DNA of 63,985 nt, filler included, from Octopus bimaculoides (taxonomy: Eukaryota), in NCBI RefSeq assembly GCF_001194135.2. It is 6 parts of 6 records of this genome, joined end to end, with 100 filler letters (N's around TTAATTAATTAA, not from the genome) between each part and the next. Parts side by side here need not be neighbours in the genome. Positions count along the whole stretch, not along the records: positions 28,850 to 40,329 come from NC_068987.1; positions 40,430 to 53,314 come from NC_068990.1; 4 more parts are not named here. The stretch is one strand, 5' to 3'. The notes below the pieces were generated by a model. That model was given only the letters and a program-made list of their open reading frames with translations. It was not told where the DNA came from and did not search any database. Below are positions 36,322 through 48,883 of this stretch, in pieces. The position numbers were made by a program, and so were the translations under genes. Positions within the stretch are counted from its first letter, which is position 1. Each line of letters begins with the position of its first letter.

Positions 36322-38161
36322 GTAACTTGGTAAGTAGGCCGCACAGTAAATTGGCACTCGGTATTGTGTGAGTTAACAACTGTTACTGTCATTCATAAAA
36401 GTAGCTGCAGTGCATTTTTTTTTTTTTTTTTGACGGAGAAACCATTCTGTCGGCGTATTTCAATTTATAACATGGAAATCAGGAGGAAAATAGATTTCTT
36501 TTTACGGAATTCGACGTTACGTCAAAATTTTCAGGAATGAAGGATTCCATATCACGGGGGATATCACGGAACAGAATGCCTTTTATTGGATACATACATA
36601 CATACATACATGCACTCGCACATACATACACGCATACCTACCTACCTACCTACCTACATACATACATACATACATACATACATTCATTCATATGGTGGTC
36701 GTCGTGAACTCTATTTCGAACACAAGCACTTTCTCACTGTAGACATATGCTTTTTTTGCCGTACTCCTCAGTGACTACCGCACCCAGACTTTTGTTCTTT
36801 GTTTTAAATATTTTTGTAACAAATGTGGCACAGAATTCTATCAAAAACCTCATCAACAGTGGCTCTGTCCTTGTGCATTCGCTCAAAATAAATGTTCAAC
36901 CAAACAGCAGCTAAGAAAACATTTGAATGTAAAGTATAGCAACGCTGTCTTCCTGTAGGGCTAATGGACATATTAGTCTCCTGTCATGTGACATTCCATA
37001 GGTTTCAGGACCGGTTTTGAAAAAATGTTATGTTACAACAGAAAGTACAAGTGAACTCACCTTTACACCAACACACATAGAGAACTTAAGAGCCTGCGAT
37101 TGCAGCCATTGTGCTTGATTATTTGATAGGTACTTTGAATTTTCTCAAACTGCTGACTGTTCTTCATGATTACAGATCACTGTTTGCTCAGTGCTAGATG
37201 TTCTCAATCGATTGTATTGATGTTCACCGATTCAACGGTATCTGTTGTGCGGTCATAAAATCTCGGTTTCCATTTGAGCTGGATACTCTTACCGAGAATT
37301 AATTCTCCATTTCGAAAATTTGAATTTTATCAAGATGAATGACATGACTAATCTATCATAAATTATACTTAATGAGACGAACATTCGTCCTTTCCAGTAT
37401 TTCTGTCAGGGTCAAAAGATAAGCAATTTATCTTTAATACACGTCTTAAGCACTTATGGGGATATCTTCCAAATATTTTGGCTTTCCCGTCGATATGATC
37501 AGGCAAGTATCGTAGACGCAAAGCTTGATGGAAAGTTTCAATTACCTGCTTCACTAGACTCATACTCAAATGTTCCAAACGCGATCAAACTGATTTCGGA
37601 AGTTTGGAGACAGAGCAACTGAGATGTACAAAAGAACCAATTATATAAAATCTGATATAATTATATATCTGTCTTTTTGCCTGCCTACCTGTCTGTCTTT
37701 GTGCATATGTATGTGCATATGTGTGTATGTTTATGCTTAAGCCACTTCCAAAACCGATGTTGTTCTATGCAACATCCTTTTGTTCTATAGCTTTATAGTT
37801 CTACAAATAGAGATCAATATTATAAGTACTAGGCTGAGATAGATACTGGGGTCGATTCGGTCAAATAACCTTTTGAAGGCAGTATACCAATATGGCCGTA
37901 GTCTAATAAGTGAATTCAGTATAAAATAAAGAAAAAAGAAAGAAGGAAAAGAATTCATATTTATGTAAACTGAAATCTGTCTCCTTTCAAGACAAGTTCT
38001 CATGAACCTTACAGCTAGATTGGTCACATAACGACCTCATAAAGTGAGACAACCAATGTAATTGATATGTGAAGCATTTTGTCTTCACGTTTTCAATAAA
38101 TTTCGCCTGAACGAATAGGAAACTCTGAGGAACGATAGAGCGAAACAAGAACTGCGGCCAA

Positions 38162-38220
<59 letters not shown>

Positions 38221-38982
38221 GCACGTGCCCGCGTATTTTGTATTGGTGCTTTTAACATTCAAAAATAGCGAAGTGCGTGTGTGTGTTTGCAGGTGTGGCT
38301 TCCTATTATGGTCCCAGAATCTTAGACAGAATCCGAAAGAAATTCGTTGCTCGGGATTAAAATATTAAAATGGCATNNNNNNNNNNNNNNNNNNNNNNNN
38401 NNNNNNNNNNNNNNNNNNNNNNNNNNNNNNNNNNNNNNNNNNNNNNNNNNNNNNNNNNNNNNNNNNNNNNNNNNNNNNNNNNNNNNNNNNNNNNNNNNNN
38501 NNNNNNNNNNNNNNNNNNNNNNNNNNNNNNNNNNNNNNNNNNNNNNNNNNNNNNNNNNNAAGAAATAAAACTCGTCAATAAGTCATTTTAAAACGTCTTA
38601 TTGACGAGCTTTATTTCTTCATTCCCTGAAGAGAAGATTACATTGTTTTACACCATTTTATTCCTTTGGAATAATACCAATGATACCTTCGAAACATGTG
38701 TCGGAAGTAAAAGAATTTGAATAACACCTGCGTTTAACTCCATTTATTTATATATATATATTATACAAAATATTTCACATAAACCCGGAGTTTCTACCTT
38801 TAAAAATAAGGTGTTACGCCCTTTATACTTGTCTGATTTTTTGCTACCCTGGTAACTGTTTATCTATTCTTTCCGTGTTAATTGTAAACAAGGGGGAAAT
38901 ACACACATCTATCTATATATATATATATATAGATGTTTCTGAGAACTATTCTGTTAGACCTCTGTCTAATAATGATTCAACA

Positions 38983-39908
38983 TTAAGTGCTGTAACATGT
39001 CTTTGCTGATTTTGGGAAAGTCTCATCTCCCTTCTGTACTGAGACTCCATCTGATGTGCTGCAGCGTGAACTTTGCTGATCTTGGAAATGTCTCATCCCC
39101 CTTCTCTCTTGACACTCCATCTGACGAGCTGCAGTATGCCTTCGCTGATCTCGGGAAAGTCTCATCTCCCTTCTCCCTTGAGATTCCATTTGACATTCAG
39201 CAGCATGCTTTTGCTGATCTTGAGAAAGTTTCATCTCCCTTCTGTCTTGAGACTCTCGCCTTCGGTTTTCTACAATCCTCCTTGCTTTGTACTTGTTTCT
39301 ATAGAGAGTACGTCTTTTCTTTGGTGGCATATTATGAATATAGAAAAAATTATACATTAATCTCTATTATTGTAAGTAATTATATGTATGTAGCATGCTT
39401 TTATTTTTGCATGCAGCATAAATTAACCAAATAGAAGCAAATTAACCAAATAGAAGCACATGTATGAACTGCTAATGTAATGGTAAATGCCACAATAATT
39501 ATTATAGATAAATTTCTTAATATATATATTAAGCGCATGTATTGAATGTTAACTTAAGGGTAAATATGTAATTGTAAATACCTTGCAACCTTGCAACTGC
39601 TGTGCCAATTATTAACCGATAATTGAACGGTAAATATGTTTTTTTTAAATATATCTTGGACCTGCTACCTCATTATTTTTTTTGTCAGCCATTCGTTATG
39701 TCAGTCAACACACAGACACTGACACACCATTCCGCTGTCATGGCCGTAAAGACGGAAAGTTGCTGATGTGTAATGTTGTTCACATTAGGATATAAATTAT
39801 TCATTTATTTCAAATATATAAGAAATATGATGATCTTAGTGTTATCACATTAGAATAAAAAGTGTAAGAATCAAAGTGAAACAATATTATATCGAATTAC
39901 AATATAGA
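38983..39908 (-). mobile_element. Helitron-like 5' fragment: A|TCTAT start, MPPKKRR ORF with four 23-aa STPR-like repeats
   Basis: Repeat starts are spaced 69, 69 and 70 nt (39255, 39186, 39117, 39047): ESQDRREMKLSQDQQKHAAECQM / ESQGRREMRLSRDQRRHTAARQM / ECQERRGMRHFQDQQ-fs-HAAAHQM / ESQYRREMRLSQNQQRHVTA. Candidate 5' terminus TCTATATT at 39908. No Rep/helicase or CTRR end is seen. Confidence 0.6.
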
Positions 39909-39934
39909 TCTTACTCTTTCGCTTTTGACAGGTA

Positions 39935-40240
39935 ATATCATGGGATTGCACCTAGAAAGTTCCCTTCCGAGGCACAAATCCAGGCAAGGTTGTTTATGGA
40001 AGACCAGCAGTCGCCCATACATACCAGCCTCTCCTCTCCACGCAACCGATGTTATCCAAGGGAAAGGCAAAGGCCGATCAGTTTGTCATCAGTGACATCG
40101 CAAGTCATTTCTACAGCTGAGTGAACTGGAGCAACATGAAATGAAGTGGCTTGCTCAAGAACACAACAAGCAGCCCAGTACAGGATTCGAACTCACAACC
40201 TCACGGTCGTAAGACCGGGGCTCTGACCACTGAGCCATGA
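39935..40240 (-). mobile_element. SINE family C
   Basis: Reverse complement: TGGCTCAGTGGTCAGAGC..GAGTTCGAATCC..TTCTTGAGCAAG..CAGTTCACTCAGCTGTAGAAATG..GGGCGACTGCTGGTCTTCCATAAACAACCTTGCC..CTTTCTAGGTGCAATCCCATG. Confidence 0.92.
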
Positions 40241-40599
40241 ATAATATATAGTCTATTGACTAATTTTTCTCTACAATAGGCCACTGTTAGTAAAAATTTC
40301 AAAACTTTTTTCTTACCCTGATATATATANNNNNNNNNNNNNNNNNNNNNNNNNNNNNNNNNNNNNNNNNNNNTTAATTAATTAANNNNNNNNNNNNNNN
40401 NNNNNNNNNNNNNNNNNNNNNNNNNNNNNAGAGAGAGAGAGAGAGAGAGAGAGAGATAGGAGCATAAATATTATATATAATATTTATGTTTGTATGCATG
40501 TATTTTTATATATGTACACATAGATATATATGTATGTATATATATTATATTATATATATGAGCAAAATTGGCAAATTTACCATCGAATTCAAGGAAGAC

Positions 40600-41419
40600 T
40601 TAATAAAAATGGCTTTGGATTACCTAACAAATTTTGAAGTGAAAACAAGTAGTTTTCATGGGCTTCCTAAAATCCATAAATCCAAAAGGTCAACAACAGC
40701 TTAAAAGATTCCCAAACCAACTGATCTCAAATTGTGTCTGATTGTTGCAGGACCAGCATCCAAAGATTAAGGAAGTTGCTGAGCATGATGTTAAAACTTT
40801 TATGCAGATTTGTTCCCAATTTCATCGGAGATGACATGGACTTCTTGAACTATATCCCAGAACGGGTAAATAAATAGATAGTACTAGTTAGCTTTGACGT
40901 AATTAGGCTCTATACAAATATACCCCATATATATGGACTAAAAGCAGTAGAACTCTGGATAAAGAAACACCCACAAAAATCCAGGTGAGATTCTCAAAAG
41001 AATTTAAACTTGAAGGTTTACAGATAGTACTGGAAAGCAGCTACTTCTTCTTTGATAATCAATATTATCTACAAACACAAGGCACTGCGATGGGGACGAA
41101 AGTCGCATTAACGTTTGATACACTAATAATGGAAAAAAAATCTATACTCTATCCAAAACTACTTTTAACCCCCACTTTCAAACCTAACTTATAGGAAACT
41201 GGGAAAAGATTCCTAGATGACTGCTTTATATTTTGAGCCCGAAGTAAGAAGGACCTTAGAAAATTTCTTAAATTAATAAATAGCATTCATGTCTCAATCT
41301 AATTCACTATGGAAATGAAAGAAAACGAACTCTCCATTCTGGACATCCTTATAATTAAAGAAAATGCGATAGTTACAGCTGACCTCTACTACAAGAACAC
41401 ACACGCACACACACGCACG

Positions 41420-41486
<67 letters not shown>

Positions 41487-42322
41487 NNNNNNNNNNNNNN
41501 NNNNNNNNNNNNNNNNNNNNNNNNNNNNNNNNNNNNNNNNNNNNNNNNNNNNNNNNNNNNNNNNCCATTTGATTTGGCAAGATGCATATGCTCAATAGTC
41601 ATAGATATAGTTGGACGAGAGAAATGACTGGCAGAACTTAATATATTCCTTCAGAAACAAATATATCCCAAGTTAATTCAACATGCCATAGCAAAGGAAA
41701 TCCCAATCTCTACCTTACTCAAGTTAGATATAAAAATAAAAATACAAATACCAATACCCCGTTTGTAGTCACCCACATCCTTCATTCAGCCAAACGATAC
41801 CTCCCGATTCCAAATCAATCACCACATCTCCAAAGAATAACTAAAAATCACAAATTATCAGCAATCGATGACAACCACCTAAACCTCAAGAGACTCTTAA
41901 AAAAAGGCGAGATTCGCATTTGAAAAAGAAACGATTCAAGTAACCAACTGTGGAGACCCCCGTTGTGAATTAATTGAACAAAGGACAACCAAAGTACGCA
42001 AAAATGGGAAGGAAATAAAAGTGAATGCAAACATGAATTGAAAACAAAAAATCTCATCTACTGCATCATATGCCAACAATGCAATGAAAACTACATTGAG
42101 GAGACATGAAAGAAACTGACCAACCGTGTAAATGTGTATAAACAACAAATTATGGATTCGTCTTTTAGGAATGTTCCATGCAGTGAACATCTAGATATCT
42201 GTGCAAATGGAAAATTTAAAATGTTCCCACTTTACAAAATAAACGATGACAATGTTCACCTACGAAAGGCAAAAGAAAAATACTTTATCAGAATTCTAGA
42301 TCCGAAATTTAGCCGAAAATAG
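40600..42322 (+). mobile_element. Penelope-like element (Neptune-type), near-complete RT + GIY-YIG, degenerate
   Basis: FHGLPKIHK, IVAGPAS, LVSFDVIRLYTNIPH, YFFFDNQYYLQTQGTAMGT, WxRFLDDCFI, FTMEMKENELSILDILI..TADLYYK, linker CGDPRC, and NLIYCIICQQCNENYIEET..LTNRVNVYKQQI..SEHLDIC..RKAKEKYFIRILDP. Confidence 0.92.
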
Positions 42323-43185
42323 CCAACACTCCATATAATAAACAATGGTAAAAGAATATATATGACTAAAACCGTAAGTCCGAAAATAAATCAGAAATAA
42401 TAATATTATTACCACAAATATAACTTCCTCTTTAAGAGTACGTGTGTTTGAAAAGGTTTAACGAAATCGCTCACACACTAGAAAAAACTTCTTCCCCAAA
42501 AAGGTTAGTAACATCCTCATAACAGATTTCATAACATTTTGTTTTAGATAATTTTCTTTTAAGAATTACCTTTACACTTCAAAAACCGTATTAATCCTCA
42601 TAGACTTCATATATATATAACACTTACTGTAGATAAAAATGCACAAGATGCACAGAAGGTCACCAACTTCTCATCAGTTTCGGCCAGAGGGTCAAACGCA
42701 ATTTCGTGCCTTTCGATAATATTGGTTCTCAACAAGAAGCTGCCGGGTAATGGGACCAAACATACAAAACGTAAACGAACAAACGAGAAATGAATAAACA
42801 TGCACTACAGAAGTGGACATCTGAACATGAATAAATGTGATTCAAGACGAGACTATTAGTGGACTGTCGAAGTACAATGACGAAATGAATAAACAGAACA
42901 CGGCCTTAGAGCCAGACAGAGACTAAAGTATGGATAATGCTGAAAGGAAAATTCTAAAGGATTAGAGACAGAAGGGCAATAGACAGCGAAACAGGTTGAA
43001 GTGGGAGAATAGAGCATATACGACCAATTGCTTCAGTGGTCGACTTGAAAAAGAGAGCCGAAAGAGAAAAAGAAAAAAGGAGGACCACGGGTCACGTGTC
43101 AGTAGTAGGAGAGAAAAGGGATAGAGGGCAGAGAGGTAAAAGGAGAGAGAGAGAGATAGAAAGAGACAGTGAGAAGAAAAGAGAG

Positions 43186-43510
43186 GATGAAACCAATAAA
43201 CTGTCTACAGTCTGTCTACCCTATGTGAAAGGCCTCTCCGAAAAGATACAAAAGATATGCGGCCCATATGACATCAGGGCAGTATTCAAGAGCAATACAA
43301 CACTTCGCAAATATCTCCTTCGGGTAAAACCACCAACAGAAGAGAATATGACCAAAAACTGCGTGTACTCCATCCCATGCAGCTGTGGTAGGTTATACAA
43401 AGGCGAAACATGTCGCCCCCTCAAAATAAGGGTAGAAGAACATCGCAAAGCTGTGACACGAGGAGATATCGATAAATCGGGTATAGCTGATCATGTATGG
43501 AAAAATGGAA
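43186..43510 (+). mobile_element. Second Penelope-like element (Poseidon-type): RT thumb to GIY-YIG, open frame, cut by gap
   Basis: TVCLPYVKGLSEKIQKI..IRAVFKSNTTLRKYLLRVK..NCVYSIPCSCGRLYKGETCRPLKIRVEEHRKAV..KSGIADHVW. Confidence 0.93.
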
Positions 43511-44479
43511 NNNNNNNNNNNNNNNNNNNNNNNNNNNNNNNNNNNNNNNNNNNNNNNNNNNNNNNNNNNNNNNNNNNNNNNNNNNNNNNNNNNNNNNNNN
43601 NNNNNNNNNNNNNNNNNNNNNNNNNNNNNNNNNNNNNNNNNNNNNNNNNNNNNNNNNNNNNNNNNNNNNNNNNNNNNNNNNNNNNNNNNNNNNNNNNNNN
43701 NNNNNNNNNNNNNNNNNNNNNNNNNNNNNNNNNNNNNNNNNNNNNNNNNNNNNNNNNNNNNNNNNNNNNNNNNNNNNNNNNNNNNNNNNNNNNNNNNNNN
43801 NNNNNNNNNNNNNNNNNNNNNNNNNNNNNNNNNNNNNNNNNNNNNNNNNNNNNNNNNNNNNNNNNNNNNNNNNNNNNNNNNNNNNNNNNNNNNNNNNNNN
43901 NNNNNNNNNNNNNNNNNNNNNNNNNNNNNNNNNNNNNNNNNNNNNNNNNNNNNNNNNNNNNNNNNNNNNNNNNNNNNNNNNNNNNNNNNNNNNNNNNNNN
44001 NNNNNNNNNNNNNNNNNNNNNNNNNNNNNNNNNNNNNNNNNNNNNNNNNNNNNNNNNNNNNNNNNNNNNNNNNNNNNNNNNNNNNNNNNNNNNNNNNNNN
44101 NNNNNNNNNNNNNNNNNNNNNNNNNNNNNATATCCGTCAAATGTAGATAATGTAAATAATGTAAATATAAATATATAATTTAGAGAAAAGAACCAAAGTT
44201 CATGAACTCATCCATGAAAATCCACAGTCACATATAGAAAAAAGTAATAAGTAAATACACTAAAAAGAAGTATAATAAAAGACAAAGTAAAATCATAAAG
44301 TAATAATAATAAAACGACTAGACGTGTTTCATAACCAAATTTTCAAATAGAAAATAAAATATAATCAAATCGATTAAATCGATCGAAAATCAATTCTATT
44401 AAAAAATATAGCTAATCTTCAGGACAAAATACAACAATAATAATAATCAAATGAATGTATATATTAACCAACAATAAAT

Positions 44480-45250
44480 AACAAATGAATATATATAAAA
44501 ATACTTATTATTTCAAGATAGAAAAATGTTAAACAATATTATTAAAAAGAGATGTAATACTAATCTTATCGAAAATTATAAACGTGACATTATTAACTTT
44601 ACGTTTATTAGAATATAAACTAACTGAAATATTAAATGCAAATCTTATCTTAACGAATGTTTCGTTTAAAATACAATTTAAACGAAGTTTTATCCCAAAC
44701 TAAAATTATAAACGTAATATAATTAACTTTAATTTTGATATAAACTAGCAAAAATTAATTTATATTAATTAATTTATATAAAAATAATTATATCACCAAT
44801 ATATAAAAGAAAAACATTTAACAAAATTATTGAAAAGAAATGCACAATTTATCTAATCGAATCTTTAGTTTAAATAAAATTTTAAATGTTATACTATTAA
44901 CTTAACCTTAATTAGAATATTAACTAATAATCAAAGAAATTATATAAAAATACTTATTTATCCAATAAATCAAAAAGAAATATTAAACAATATTATTGGA
45001 AATAAATGCAACAGTAATCTAATCGAAGTTTTGGTTTAAACTAAAATGTTAAACTTTAAACTTAGTGTTAAATAGGATATCAGCTAACTTTAAATATCAA
45101 GTGAATTAATATAAAAATACTTATTTTACCAATCAATGATAGAAAATCATTTAATAATATTATTGAAAATAATAGCAATATTTATCTCAAGGAAGCTATA
45201 GTTTAAACTAAAATTTTAAACGTTATACTAATAACTAAGCGTTTATTTGA
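44480..45250 (+). repeat. Degenerate ~165-bp AT-rich tandem satellite (~4-5 units)
   Basis: ATATAAAAATA(C/A)TTAT at ~44493, 44777, 44942 and 45109, each followed by TTAA.AATATTATTG.AAA, TCTAATCGAA and GTTTAAA.TAAAATT.TAAA.G. Confidence 0.85.
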
Positions 45251-45789
45251 AAGAAGTCGCGTGAAGATACTGCGTAAAGAAAAAGAATAGAATAAAGAGA
45301 TATAAAAACATAAATGAAAGTTTTATTTATAAAATCATAAATGAAAATTAAAATTTATATAACTTAAATCATAATAAAACAATTAACTATATTAACTTAA
45401 TTAACTAAATTAACTATATTGTAAACATTTTATGAAACTTAACAAATCTAAGTTAAATCTTGTTAAATCTAAGTAATTAAAGAGTCTAAAGAATAAGACT
45501 AAGATACATAAATTAAATAATATATATGAAATAAGCTAAAATACTATAATTAAATTAATTCATTAAAATATTTATATTATTAATTTTATAAAAATCATAG
45601 TGTCATTAAAATATTAATTCCTTAAAATCACTAAAACTATTAAGGTACCAATAAATACACAATTAATAAATATAAATCATAACTACTACAATTAGTAAAG
45701 TAGGAATAGGAAACACACACACGCACACATACACACACACGCATATATATGTATATATACATACATACTTACACATACAGACTTATACA

Positions 45790-45833
<44 letters not shown>

Positions 45834-45909
45834 AAATATACATATATATACACACACATACACATATATATTTATTTATTGGATAATAAGTATTTTTTAT
45901 ATAATTTCT

Positions 45910-46075
45910 TTAATTATTAGTTAATATTCTAATTAAGGTTCAGTTAATAGTATAAGATTTAAAATTTTATTTCAACTAAAGATTCTATTAGATAAGTTTT
46001 TCAATAATTTTGTTAAATGTTTTTCGTTTATTTATTGGTGATATAATTATTTTTATATAAATTAGTTTATACAAA
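45910..46075 (-). repeat. Inverted near-identical copy of the satellite unit at 44770-44930
   Basis: The reverse complement AATTTATATAAAAATAATTATATCACCAATA..AACATTTAACAAAATTATTGAAAA..TTATCTAAT.GAATCTTTAGTT.AAATAAAATTTTAAAT.TTATACTATTAACT.AACCTTAATTAGAATATTAACTAAT matches with few substitutions. Confidence 0.9.
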
Positions 46076-46206
46076 TTATATATATATATATATANNNNNN
46101 NNNNNNNNNNNNNNNNNNNNNNNNNNNNNNNNNNNNNNNNNNNNNNNNNNNNNNNNNNNNNNNNNNNNNNNNNNNNNNNNNNNNNNNNNNNNNNATATTT
46201 ATATAT

Positions 46207-47020
46207 ATTAAGGGCATTACTATACATAAATGCCTCACGCTAAGTAGGACTCTTAAAGTCAGAACTACCATAATAAACACATTTTACCGAGCACGAGGGA
46301 ATGCAACTCTCGAAGCGAACTTCTTAAAATCAGACTCAACAGTATATCATATGATTTCATAATTAGTGCACAAGATGCACAGTTTACTCTTCAGTACAAG
46401 CATAGTCAAGACATAAGAATAAACAAAAATCAACGTATCAGACGAACACCACATGTATCCAAGATAGTACATAGAAATTGTTTATACCTATATATCTATG
46501 TAAAAAACGGGCTTTTCGATTTGCGTCTTGGTACACGTGTTTATTCAGAATAAAATTCAGCATTGAATATATTTTGGTTAAATTTACAATTTAAATATAG
46601 GATGAAATCTTTATAAGAAAAAACCTCAATAGGGAAAATTTTATTAATTATTCCCTAAAAATGCAGTTATTTATTTTAAGGGCATTACTATACATAAATG
46701 CCTGACACTAGGAGGGACTCTTAAAGTCAAAAATACCATAATAAACACATTTTACCGAACGCGAGGGAATGCAACTATCGAAGCGAGCCTCTTAAAATTA
46801 GACTCAGCTGTATATCATATGGTTGCCTAATTAGTGCACAAGATGCACTCTTTACTCTTTAGTACTAGCATAGGCAAAACATAAAAATAAACAAAAATTA
46901 ACATACCAGACAGACACCACATGTATCCCAGTGCTGAATTTTATTCTGAATAAACACGTGTACGGAGACGCAATTCGAAAATCCAGCCTCTTACATAGAT
47001 ATATTTCTATGTAATATTGT
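46207..47020 (+). mobile_element. Long-inverted-repeat element, copies 2 (46207-46566) and 3 (46672-47020) in tandem
   Basis: The ~260-bp arm AGGGCATTACTATACATAAATGCCT..GAGGGAATGCAACT..TAGTGCACAAGATGCAC..CACCACATGTATCC is directly repeated. The ~90-bp core that follows is in opposite orientations in the two copies. Confidence 0.88.
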
Positions 47021-47096
47021 TGTGTCGACGCCACCAGGCGAAGAAGTAGGATCTCCCAAGACATATAAATAGAGATAGTCTCGACGTGGTAGAGGT

Positions 47097-48883
47097 GTTG
47101 AGCAGCAGTTTTTTTTGGAATTTGAGTTGTCGATGACGTAGAGTTTTTATGTGAGTTGCAAAGTTGAGTATTTTTTGTTGTAAAATTGAGTGTTAATTAT
47201 TGGTGTCAATTGTTGATATTGTTCGTGTTTTTTTTTGTGTCTTCCCGTTGTGGAAAATGGAGAAAGCACCGGTAGGTGGCCAAAGTTATGCGGCCGCGAC
47301 TGGAAAAGTAACAGAGGAAGGAAAGCTGGANNNNNNNNNNNNNNNNNNNNNNNNNNNNNNNNNNNNNNNNNNNNNNNNNNNNNNNNNNNNNNNNNNNNNN
47401 NNNNNNNNNNNNNNNNNNNNNNNNNNNNNNNNNNNNNNNNNNNNNNNNNNNNNNNNNNNNNNNNNNNNNNNNNNNNNNNNNNNNNNNNNNNNNNNNNNNN
47501 NNNNNNNNNNNNAGTTGAGGAGATCGAGGAGTGCCTGAAAGGTATCAGAAAGCAAACAACTTTTGTAACTAGAGGAAAAAAATATGCCACTTTGGAGGTA
47601 CGATTTGCAACAGAAATAGAAGCAATTAAGAACTCTACGGAAGCTATACGATCGGAGGAATGGGTGCTGTTGCCGTCGTACTGTGGCAAACGTGTGACCA
47701 GAGTGCGAATAGGCAAACTACCCCCATAACTAGATGAAGCATGGCTCATGACAGCAATAAAGTTCAACATGAAGGAAGAGGCCAAGATATTGAAGGCCAC
47801 AAGAACAAAGAGTGTGGATTATTGGGGATATGGAATCGAACTGACTATCCAGGCAACAGTGGAAGACCTTAATAGAATTGATGAGGAGATAGCGCTACCT
47901 GACGACCAAAAATTAAGAGTGAAAGCGGAGGGCAGGCCGCCTACATGTTTTGCATGTGGCGAGAAAGGCCACATGAAGGCGAGATGCCCGCAGAGGGAAC
48001 CAACAGAAAAACAGGAAGACACGAACCAGGTAGTACAGACAGAGACAGAAGAAAATACAACGGAGGAGGGATTTACGGTAGTGGAAAGAAAACGAAGGAG
48101 GGGTGGAAGAACAAACTCACCACCAGAGAAACAGAAAAAGAAGAAAGAAGAAGAGGAAAAGGAAGCTGTAACCAGAGGGAAGGCAGACGAAGAGGTGACG
48201 GAGAAAGAAAGAGAGAAGACAACTACTAAACAGGGGGGTTTACAAGAGGAGGGAACAACGATAATGACGCCGGTTTCCCCAGCGAAGGAAGAGGATTCGA
48301 GAGTTGAAACATCTGACGATGAATGGGATAAATGGTATGGAGTTCGAGAAGGAAATACATCAGTAACAGAAGAAGAAGGGAAAAAATCAAGAAGATGGAA
48401 AAACAAATTGGAATTTTGTAACTTACTCAAAAAATGAGACAGAGAAGAAAATTCTTAAATTCAAGCACATTATAAGAATTAAGTTACCAACAGATGTCTA
48501 TTCTGAAAATGTGAAGGCCATTGTGGTCGATAGGGTCACATACGAGAAACTAAAAGACATGTGCGGAAACAAAATTGATCCACCCGCAGTAGCGGTGATG
48601 TTCGACGAGCTGCCACCAGTGATCGAACTCAGGGATTTGGAGCCGTTTATGAGGTATTAAAAAAAAAAATCTAAAAAAAANNNNNNNNNNNNNNNNNNNN
48701 NNNNNNNNNNNNNNNNNNNNNNNNNNNNNNNNATGGTTATGTGGCACATGCAGCCATTTCATTTTTTCATTATATAACATCTCATTGTCATTCGTTTCTT
48801 GTTTTGTGTCCCCATTGTGGTGTTGTGTCTGTCCTTGTAGTGTCCCCCTCTGTGTTATGGCCGTACTGCCAAATAAAGAAAAC
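47097..48883 (+). mobile_element. ORF1-only L1/Tx1-like retroelement, unit 1 (ATG 47257; nonsense at 47727; CCHC knuckle 47946-47987; C-terminal domain to ~48659)
   Basis: GQSYAAAT, RRM-like RGKKYATLEVRF and RVRIGKLPP, CFACGEKGHMKARC (CX2CX4HX4C), a charged linker, then WNFVTYSK..LPTDVYSENVKAIVVD..FDELPPVIEL after a +1 shift. The 3' UTR ends CCAAATAAAGAAAAC. No ORF2. Confidence 0.85.

Noticed and set aside
36900-37580. Possible minus-strand LINE relic (CLRRVLKI, KFK-YL-like words)
   Set aside because: The motifs are short, frameshifted and in the wrong order for an RT, which is not enough to call.
42636-42651. TGCACAAGATGCACAG shared with the arm of the inverted-repeat element (~46366)
   Set aside because: It is an isolated 16-mer with no flanking homology.
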